Below are positions 1 to 8,700 of a stretch of DNA of 64,000 bases, piece by piece. The notes beneath the pieces are model-generated. The model saw nothing but the letters and a program-made list of their open reading frames with translations. It was not told the DNA's origin and searched no databases. The position numbers were made by a program, and so were the translations under genes. Source of the stretch: an uncultured virus (IMG/VR IMGVR_UViG_3300027970_000018) (lineage: Duplodnaviria > Heunggongvirae > Uroviricota > Caudoviricetes); the IMG/VR virus record IMGVR_UViG_3300027970_000018. The stretch is one strand, 5' to 3'. Numbering within the stretch: the first letter of the stretch is position 1; every line of letters begins with the position of its first letter.

Positions 1-3000
1 TAAATCCTTCTAACTCTTGTATCCCATGTTGTAATTCATGTAGAAGGGCTGTCTTAAAATCAATTGGTGTGATAGTAACTCCCTTGCTTTCAGTCTTTAG
101 AGGTATTAGTATCTCTTTTTTAGAAATATTGAACCACATAACATTTGAAATCTTAGGTATTCTTACTTTCCACTCTCTAATTTCAGGATATGAATCTAAA
201 ATTTTACTTTCTAATACGTCCTCTAAATTGTGTAGCCCGAAAGAAGGCATCCCGTTTTTTAATGTTCCATCTGGTATCTCGTACCTCCATAGCCCATCTA
301 CCCCAATCTCCCACCCAGTTGCAAAGAATATTTGCTCTTTCGTGAATTGGTTTTTGCCTTTCACCTTTCTACTCATCTCTCTTGCTACTCTTAGATTATC
401 CATTCGGAAAGTCGCTTCTTCGATTGCATCTAAGTTTGTTGCACCTATTTCTCCAATGATTTGGAAAGAAGGTATTTCACCATCAAGTTGATTTCCTCTG
501 GGGTTAGCATTACCGCCTTTTTCACTCTGTGTAAATGTATTTCTGGACACTGTTTGCGTATCTCCTCCTCTTCCTTTATTTGCGTCTGACATTTCTCCCA
601 TCTGTCTAGCAAATCCTGTGTTATTTCCACCTATTTTATTTATAAGTTCAGATAATTTTATTTGGAAGCTATCTTGTATATCTTGCGTATCTGAAAAAAG
701 TAATTCCCTTTTCTCTTGCAAAGTTAGGGCTGCCCTATCTTCAACATTCCTAGCTTGTACTTCTCCTTGCATTGCTGTGTATCCCATATTAGATATTTCT
801 TGAGCCCTATCAGAAGTATCTGCTTTTATGAATAGCTCTAAGTACGTTAACGCAAGATTATTACTCGCTGTTGTGTTTTCTTTAGCTAGTTTTACTCTTC
901 TGATATTTTCCTCAGTAGTTTCATTCCAATCGATTTTTGCGAAAGAGGTTGCGGCTCTGATAAAAGCACCTGGAGAGCCTCCCCCAGAGAATCCCTCAAA
1001 CTCTTGCACTGCGTGAGAAATCTCGTGGATGATTGATCTTTTAAGCTCTCTTTCTGAAAATCTAAAAGTTCTTGCTCCGCTTCTAAACTCAACCCCTTCC
1101 CCTGCGGATGCAGTTTTATATCTTGGTGAGGATAGGTTAACAGAGATTGTTTTATCATTATAATTGAAACTCGCTCTAACGTCTTTGTTTTGCTCATCGG
1201 TTGTGAATTTTACTTTTAAATCTGGAAATACAGTTGTAACTTCTTGGTTATCTAGTACATCTGACAGTTGGTATGTGGTCTCTATTTCAAAAGTACTATT
1301 TATTATCTCACCATCTGGTATTTCATACACCCACTGACCATTTACTTCTTCCCAATTAGTTTCTCTTTTTATCTCTCTTGGAGATGCTCCGTCCATTGAC
1401 ATATCTAATGCCTTATCTAACATGTCTAATCTGTTGCCTCCAAACTGTTCGTCTAAAGCTGCTGCAGTTTTAATTCCAGCTATCTGCGCTTGTAGTACTC
1501 CTTTAGGTGCTACATTAAATTTATGATACTCTTTCCAGAATGTTGCTTCGTCTTGGAATAGGTCTTTTCTTTTTTGTAATATAGATTGAGCTTGTTTATC
1601 TCCTTTAGATGCTCTTATGTCTAATACTTGTTGGAATACATGTATTAGTTCATGGAGAGTTGTTGTGTTGTTTAGTTTAGTTGGATCGAGGTATATCGAA
1701 CCATTTTTTTCAAATCCGAGGATGTTTCCTTGTGGTGTTTGGAGGAATTGGATTTTCTCTTCTATCGTGATTGCATTTTCATCAAATACTACGTAGTTGA
1801 ACCCTTTATTACTATTATCTTGTAATGTTGTTGTACCAGTTTTATACCTTGTTCCACTTATACCTGTGGAAAGTAAGTAAAGTGATGCGTCTTTGCTACT
1901 ACCTAGTTTTTGAGACAATATTTTATACAACTCTCCACCTTTTTTTGTTAAATCTGAGTCTGTTAGGTTTAACTCCGTATACTCAGGTGACATTCTTATT
2001 TTATCTCTATTACTTTCACTTAAAGGTTCACCCCAGTCTAACCAAGTGTAATCATCTCCTTCTTTTTTACCTTTATTTAAAGTGGCGTTATATATAATAC
2101 CTTTAGCGTATTTTATGCTGTCCTTGACAGGGATTAAATCCTCTACTATTGCATTTGCATATTTCATTAAATTGTCAGTACCGCCTAAATCTTCCTTTAA
2201 TCTTTTTTGCACCCCCTCTTGTGAAAGATATTTTTTTAATGCAGGATTGTTTACAGTTTTCTCAAAATCTTCTAAAGATTTTATAGGGTTCTTCCACCCA
2301 CCAAATCTTACAATATATGAGTATGCAATCCTCTTATTTTCTCCATCTTTTTTCTTAAAAATAAAAGAATCTAAAGGCTCTCCATTAATACTCAACTCTT
2401 TCTTTGCTAATTTTGTTGCGTACCTTTTTGCTATGCTTGGAAGGTCCGTGAAATATAGTCCCCAACCAAACAATAAATTTCCTTCCCCAGTGCCTATCTT
2501 TTCCGTTGAAAATTTATCAAATAAGTAGGGAGAACCGTGTAAACTTTGCACCATAGCATTCAAACTCTCAAATCCCATCTCCTTTATCTTGTCTGCGAAT
2601 ACTTTGGAATCTGCAATTACGTTGATACCTTTTTGTTTTATAAATTCAATTAGGTTTTGCTCGAATTTTATGTCGGATTTTTGTAGGTTTTCTTCATCAA
2701 CAACTCTATTTTCACCTAGAAGTCCTAGCGAACCATTTTTTAAGTCGTTTATGTCCACATCAAATGCAGATTCAAATGTATCTGGAAATGTTGTCTTATC
2801 CTTCAATCTGAATTCTACAGATGTGGCTTCTCTCTCACCTATCGAATTTCTATAAAGGTTATCTACATAAGCTAAAAAGTCTGGCTTACCATAGTATTTA
2901 CCTAAGTCTTCCATCATACTCTCAAAATCAGGGTAGTCTTGTTGTCTTATGACACCATTTGTTCTTCTTAAATAGTATTTGATGATGGGTGCAACACCAT

Positions 3001-5743
3001 TCCCGACCTTTCTATTAATTCCTTTGTTTTGCAAAAGGTGTTGAAATTCGTGGTTGACGACTGATTCGATTGTTTTGGAAAGAAATATTCCGCTAATTTG
3101 TCTGGATTCCAGCCCTCCCCTAATATTCTCTCTTCCATACTCTCCTCCTCGCATAATTGTTTTGGCAAACTCTTTTGAGCCTGTAATCTCAATTCTAATC
3201 TTCTCTCCGTTCTCGCCCTGAGTGGCAACCCCGACAACATTATTCTTTTCTTTTTCATTGAAAGTTATTTCTAAATCAATATTATTTACATTTATTCTTT
3301 TACCAAGGTCTTTAGTATCGAAGATATCTGTCAGAGGAAAAGATATTTTTCCGTCTCTGAATAACTCTTGAGAGAACTCTTCTATTTCTTGAGGAGTGAA
3401 AGGTATCAGTGTGATATCATCAATCTCTCTTCTCCATAAATTTCCTTTTATTCTGAACCACTTTGTTTGAGCGTAAATTTCCTCTTTTGATTTTCCTTGC
3501 TTCTCTAGGTTAATTGCTAATCGTAAAGCTTTATCATCTCCTTTAGTTAACTTATTACCATCAGAAATTATTTGGAAATTCGCTTGTACTTTCTTTGCGT
3601 ACTCAATTGATTTTTGTTTTACTGCTTGCACGAATTTTGATAGCGAACCATTTTTTTGATTGCGTTGTTCGATGTCATCCGGAGTGAGTTGTGATAGAGC
3701 TGCCATATCCTGCTTCTTCATTTGCTCAACTTGCTCCTTCGTATAATTTTCAGTTTCAACTTCTGTCTGATAATATAAATTATCTGTACTAGGTCTCACT
3801 TTCACAAAAACGCTTGTCTGAGGATTTTCCCCAACTTTTTGATACAATGTATCACCTATTCTTACAAAGCTGTTTACAGTTCGTGGAATCGACATTAAAT
3901 TCCCCACAATATTCTTAACCCCACTATACTCCCCAACGGTTTCAGGAAAATTGATTACAGTCAATACATTCGTAGCATCTTGTTTAAATTCCTTTGCAAT
4001 GTACTTCTTACCAGTTGAATCTTTTTTCAAAGCCAAGTAATCCATTAACTCCTCGTAGAATTCAATATTTTTTAAATCAGAGATGTCATTTCCAATAGTA
4101 ATATCCCTATTGTTAATTGAAATTTTTGATAATGTGTTTCGATATACAGCAGAGTTTTTTAACTTCTCTTTTAAGATGTAATTATAGAAGTCTGAAATGA
4201 ATCCCGCTTTCAAATAATCTACATTCGTAACTACTCCCGCCAATGATTTCATGTCCTCGTTTATCTTACGAGTGTTGTCCATTGTTGGATGTCCGAATAT
4301 TACTTGATACAAAGATGCTCTTTCGTTGTAGAAATCTAATCCTGTTTTTCTTGAGTTGATAAATTTCTCAATATCTTTTAATGTGTTCTCTTTTTGGTTT
4401 ACGTCTTTTGTTAGGTTGAATCGCTCAGGTATTTCTACCAAACCATTTTTTACCTGCTGGTACACCGCTTCGTACAAATCCGTAAGGCTGTCCGTAGTGC
4501 GTATTTTGTGGTACAACCCGTCTCCAACTTTTATCAAACCGTGTTGCTCAAATAACTGTTGGTCGGATTTCTCTGAATGCATTCTTACAATAGTAAGTCC
4601 GTCCAATTCCTTTGGAAGTTTCTCTACTGATTTAGTTGCGGTCTTACCAAAAACCCCGTCATAAACATCACTAAATGCTTGGATATTTTGGTTCGTTGGG
4701 TTCTTAACCATATCATTCACCGCATTCAATACTCGAAGTATTGTGGGTTGATCCGTAGTCACTTCATTAAGTCCTACAATGTCAATATTTTTATCAGCAA
4801 GATCCGATTCAATTTCTTTGATAACTTCTGCAACATCTTCTTTACTTTCCTCCCAAATGTTCTCAGGAATATTCTCAATGTAAAGAATTTCCGCTTCAAT
4901 ATCTAATTGGTCGAAATCTGTTGAAATCGTATTTTTTATTAAAGAAAAAGTATCTGTAATGTCTGCCACCAACGTATTGTCTCGCTCTTCAACAACAGGT
5001 ATTTTTCGTATGTTTTTAAATCTGGAAATGAATTTTTCTGCAAAAGTCTCATCTTCATTGAATTTAGTTATTAAATCTGTATATGGTAATTCTTGAACCG
5101 CTTGTCTTATTTCTTGCTCCGATTGAGGATTTTCTACTGCAGCAATTACTTCTTGATAAACTGCTTCCATTGGGATTACCTCAGATGCACCAAAAATATT
5201 TCTTACAGATGGATTTCTGTACTCTGAACTTGGAGTAGAAGTTTCAATACTAAAGTCGTTGACTAGAGCATCTGCTTCCATTCGCATAATCAAATCACCG
5301 ATTCTTGCTAAGTTAATATTCTTTATGTCCTCAGATGTGAACAAACCAGAGTTTATTGCTTTTTCTGGATAAAAGTTTGGAATGTTTCCTTCGTAGAAAA
5401 TCTCTTTTAGTTTTGCCGCCATCTCTGATAACCTACCAACATTATGGTCCGCCATCATCTGCTTCACTTCAAATGTTTCAGAAGGAGTTAATGTACCAAT
5501 TAATTTCTTATTGGAGTTGTAGTATTGAATAACCGATTCTAAACTAACATCGTCAACTGTACCTTTCTTTCCAATACTTTCTACAAAGTCTGGAGTACTT
5601 GCAACAGCCCACATTTCTAAAGCGTCTTTCTCGTTTTTAGTATACGCAAGTGCTTGTTGATACAATGAAGAAGGAAATCCATTTTCATTCGTCACTAATA
5701 AGGTTCCATCGGCTTTTCTGCCTATTCTACATTTTAATCCCAT
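1..5743 (-). CDS. Giant polyvalent cargo/ejection protein, partial (>1914 aa, runs off the left edge): 3x LPD23-like + zincin modules, an extra HExxH, ART-PolyVal-like domain
   Basis: Not in ORF track, consistent with no stop inside the window. ATG at 5743-5741 overlaps the upstream TAA (TAATG). Manual translation starts MGLKCRIGRKADGTLLVTNENGFPSSLYQQAL. In-frame HEFQH (3038-3052), HELIH (~1637-1655), HEISH (1013-1027), HELQH (26-40); HGSPYLFDKF..GTGEG..FGWGLYFT (~2445-2539) ... NYVVFD (1781-1798). Confidence 0.88.
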   Translation of the reverse strand, partial: MGLKCRIGRKADGTLLVTNENGFPSSLYQQALAYTKNEKDALEMWAVASTPDFVESIGKKGTVDDVSLESVIQYYNSNKKLIGTLTPSETFEVKQMMADHNVGRLSEMAAKLKEIFYEGNIPNFYPEKAINSGLFTSEDIKNINLARIGDLIMRMEADALVNDFSIETSTPSSEYRNPSVRNIFGASEVIPMEAVYQEVIAAVENPQSEQEIRQAVQELPYTDLITKFNEDETFAEKFISRFKNIRKIPVVEERDNTLVADITDTFSLIKNTISTDFDQLDIEAEILYIENIPENIWEESKEDVAEVIKEIESDLADKNIDIVGLNEVTTDQPTILRVLNAVNDMVKNPTNQNIQAFSDVYDGVFGKTATKSVEKLPKELDGLTIVRMHSEKSDQQLFEQHGLIKVGDGLYHKIRTTDSLTDLYEAVYQQVKNGLVEIPERFNLTKDVNQKENTLKDIEKFINSRKTGLDFYNERASLYQVIFGHPTMDNTRKINEDMKSLAGVVTNVDYLKAGFISDFYNYILKEKLKNSAVYRNTLSKISINNRDITIGNDISDLKNIEFYEELMDYLALKKDSTGKKYIAKEFKQDATNVLTVINFPETVGEYSGVKNIVGNLMSIPRTVNSFVRIGDTLYQKVGENPQTSVFVKVRPSTDNLYYQTEVETENYTKEQVEQMKKQDMAALSQLTPDDIEQRNQKNGSLSKFVQAVKQKSIEYAKKVQANFQIISDGNKLTKGDDKALRLAINLEKQGKSKEEIYAQTKWFRIKGNLWRREIDDITLIPFTPQEIEEFSQELFRDGKISFPLTDIFDTKDLGKRINVNNIDLEITFNEKEKNNVVGVATQGENGEKIRIEITGSKEFAKTIMRGGEYGRENIRGGLESRQISGIFLSKTIESVVNHEFQHLLQNKGINRKVGNGVAPIIKYYLRRTNGVIRQQDYPDFESMMEDLGKYYGKPDFLAYVDNLYRNSIGEREATSVEFRLKDKTTFPDTFESAFDVDINDLKNGSLGLLGENRVVDEENLQKSDIKFEQNLIEFIKQKGINVIADSKVFADKIKEMGFESLNAMVQSLHGSPYLFDKFSTEKIGTGEGNLLFGWGLYFTDLPSIAKRYATKLAKKELSINGEPLDSFIFKKKDGENKRIAYSYIVRFGGWKNPIKSLEDFEKTVNNPALKKYLSQEGVQKRLKEDLGGTDNLMKYANAIVEDLIPVKDSIKYAKGIIYNATLNKGKKEGDDYTWLDWGEPLSESNRDKIRMSPEYTELNLTDSDLTKKGGELYKILSQKLGSSKDASLYLLSTGISGTRYKTGTTTLQDNSNKGFNYVVFDENAITIEEKIQFLQTPQGNILGFEKNGSIYLDPTKLNNTTTLHELIHVFQQVLDIRASKGDKQAQSILQKRKDLFQDEATFWKEYHKFNVAPKGVLQAQIAGIKTAAALDEQFGGNRLDMLDKALDMSMDGASPREIKRETNWEEVNGQWVYEIPDGEIINSTFEIETTYQLSDVLDNQEVTTVFPDLKVKFTTDEQNKDVRASFNYNDKTISVNLSSPRYKTASAGEGVEFRSGARTFRFSERELKRSIIHEISHAVQEFEGFSGGGSPGAFIRAATSFAKIDWNETTEENIRRVKLAKENTTASNNLALTYLELFIKADTSDRAQEISNMGYTAMQGEVQARNVEDRAALTLQEKRELLFSDTQDIQDSFQIKLSELINKIGGNNTGFARQMGEMSDANKGRGGDTQTVSRNTFTQSEKGGNANPRGNQLDGEIPSFQIIGEIGATNLDAIEEATFRMDNLRVAREMSRKVKGKNQFTKEQIFFATGWEIGVDGLWRYEIPDGTLKNGMPSFGLHNLEDVLESKILDSYPEIREWKVRIPKISNVMWFNISKKEILIPLKTESKGVTITPIDFKTALLHELQHGIQELEGF

Positions 5744-8700
5744 TATGTGTTACAGTTTTTATCAGTCTCCTCTTGAGCAGCTGTATTGATTGAATCGTCT
5801 TTTGCTTTTTTGTATTTGTTCACCACTGGACTTTTTGATTCTTTTACCGCTTTCTCTTCTTGTTCATCTGTGTATTCAGTGTCCTCATCCGTTGTTTCTA
5901 CTTTGAAATCTTTCAACATATTTTTCATGTCCATTTCAACTTTTGGTGAATGGAATGGAGAAGAAGTGTTGAGATTTATCTGAGCTTGTTGTTTAAGAAG
6001 TTCTGCGATAGATGTCTTACCTCCTGTCCATTCATTGAGTGGATAAAAGTAATCAAAATCCTCTAACTGTTTCATTTTCTTGTCAAAAAACTCTTGAGTC
6101 AAATTGTTTTTTGAACCAATTGAATAGAAAAATTCTCCAGGTTGTTTTATGTCTACTCCTCGTTGTGCGAGCATTTGGTTTAATCGAACCACTTTATCCG
6201 CCACATCTGTATCAGAATTGAAAATTAATTCAAACTCTTTGTTGTCTCTTTTCTCTTGTGGAAGTAGTCTAACTGGGTAAGCAATAAGTTTTTCACCGAC
6301 TTTAAATACAACAAATGGTTCCTTCTTTTTATTAGGTTTTCCGTTGGTCTTGAACGTACTGTCTTTACTCATAAAAGTGGTGTCCAAACCTGTCGTTCCA
6401 TTCTTAGTTTTATAACCACCACTTGTTCTGATTCCAATATCAAAAACACCTGCTGCCATTTGATCCGTAAACTGAGTATATTGAATAGTAACATTTCCAT
6501 TCTCGTCTTTTGCTGAGAAATTGAAATTAGGTTGTCCGGGAAGAATTTTTGCCACCGTTAACGTACCATGATTTACTACGTGTAATGCTGGTGTTTTGTC
6601 CATCAATTTGTCGAACATTGTTTTATCATTCACAATTGAATCTCTGAACTGCTCAAATTTTTGATCCTCTCCGCTTGCTGCATCATTGTCTTGTTTTCCT
6701 CTGAGAGTGTGAGTATAAATTCCCTCTTTACCTCCAGTTGTAGTTTTTGGAGAAGCTGTGATTCTAAGGTTTTTTCTTAGGTTTTCTTTGGCTGTTTTCT
6801 TAGCAGCTTTGCCTTTAGCGTCTTTATATTCTTGGATTAATTTCTGATTGTACTCATCTCTAGTGTCGACTTTCAAAATAATCTCATCTCCAGCTTGCAT
6901 ATCATAGATTGCTTGGGTATCTTGAGTTTGATTATACTCTCCAGGAAATACACTTTTAAGTGGGAAACTTTCCATCTCACCAGTGATACCTTTTCTATGT
7001 CCAATTACAACACTATAATTTGTTCTTAGGTTTTCATTTGTTGGACGAACTGAAATTAAAGAAGTGGGCGAGTTTACTTTTGCAAGATTCTCTCCGTTCT
7101 CTCCTAAAGGGATTATAATGTTTCCAAACTCATTAAAGCTATATTCAAAATCAATCGATACTTTGTTTCCATCAGCATCAAGTTCTACAAATACTTGTCT
7201 AACAATTTCATCATCAGCCTTGATACCATTTATTTCTAACGTATTGTTTTTACCATTTGCTATAACAGTTACAGCATCTTGAGTAAGTCCATATCTTGTG
7301 TTATAGTTTCTACCTTTAGTAGAGAATTTAATTGTTTCCAAATCATCTTCATCCGTTCTTTGTTGGATAACTTCTGGAGACATTATTTTTGCATTTTCCA
7401 ATGCCACTTTTTGGCGGATTAAATCCGAAAGGTTTATTCCCTCTGTTATAACTCCTCCTACAAGTAGCCACTGGTCGATGTCATTTTTTAATGTGTCGTA
7501 CTCCTTTTGCTCTGCATCAGTAAGTCCTTCTGTTTGTTGTTTTTTAACCAACTCATTAAAACGAATATAATCCTCAGATTCAACTATTCGGATACCTTGA
7601 TTAGCATCTTTAAGTTCTTGTTCAACTCGTTGGATTTCAGCGTCTAATTCTTCTTTTGTTAGCCTTGTTTTTTCATTTGTATGCTCTTCAAGTGAGGCAA
7701 TATCTTGCGTTAATTGGTCAACAACTTCTTGACTTCTACCTAAAGACTTTTCCTCTTCTTCTAGGTCTCGCTTCATTTGAGCTAAAGCTTGCTCTTGTAT
7801 GGAGTTGTAAGTAGGTTGGTTCAGTGCTTCTAATTCTGCGTTAACAAAATCATAAAGATTTTGTGGCTGAGTTTTTATAAGATGATTAATCCATTTAGCT
7901 TTAGTTAATACAGGTTTAACTAAAGCATTTCCAGTTTTTATTAGTTTTAATATTTCATGTTGCTTACCATCTTTAGTTACTACAAAATATGTAGAACCTT
8001 TATCATTAGAAACAACATCACTATATGGCAATCCAATCTTATCTAGTTCTGACTTTATTTGTGAAACTACTTCTTCAGAAGTTTGTTCCATCTTACCAGA
8101 TGCATCTGTTGTTACATTCATAGATACAGGTTGTTTTTCTATTTCCTGCATTCTATTTTTAACTGTTTGTGCATCAGCTTTCTTAGCATCTATATTAGAA
8201 GTAGTTTGAGTAGAAGTAGGTGTTGTAGGAGTTGGCTCCTTGAAATTACCTCTTTGGTTTTTTAATTCTGCAAGTTGGGCTTCTAGTTCTTGGACTTTGG
8301 AAGTATCACGTACAGTATTTTGGATTGCATCTATTTGAGACGTGATTGTTTGTATTGCTTCGTTTATTACTTGTAAGCTTGTTTTCTCATCTACTTGTAG
8401 GTTTAATGCTGTACGTAATTGTATGCTATCTCCTTCTAGTATATTCGATGTTGGTTTCTCTTGTACTGCTTCTACTGTTTGAGCTATATCTGTTAGAGAG
8501 TTTGTTACTTGTTGTGCTAGTATTCCTTGGAGTTGGATACGAACCATTTGTTCGATGCGGTATTTTTCCCTATCTGAGAGGTCTGGATTTTTTTCCAGTG
8601 CATCTTTGATATAATCTGCAGCAACTTCATACGAACCTATACTTAAAAAGCGAAGTGCTTTGTCAATAATCTCATCATTCTTTTTCAACTCATCATAGAA

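Noticed and set aside
69..4906. Short ORFs listed in the first 5 kb, suggesting a fragmented or pseudogene region
   Set aside because: They are shadow or alternative-frame ORFs of the single giant minus-strand gene starting at 5743.
4900..4925. DFDQLD as a virion RNA polymerase catalytic motif
   Set aside because: Does not fit DxDxD spacing and lacks surrounding RNAP context.
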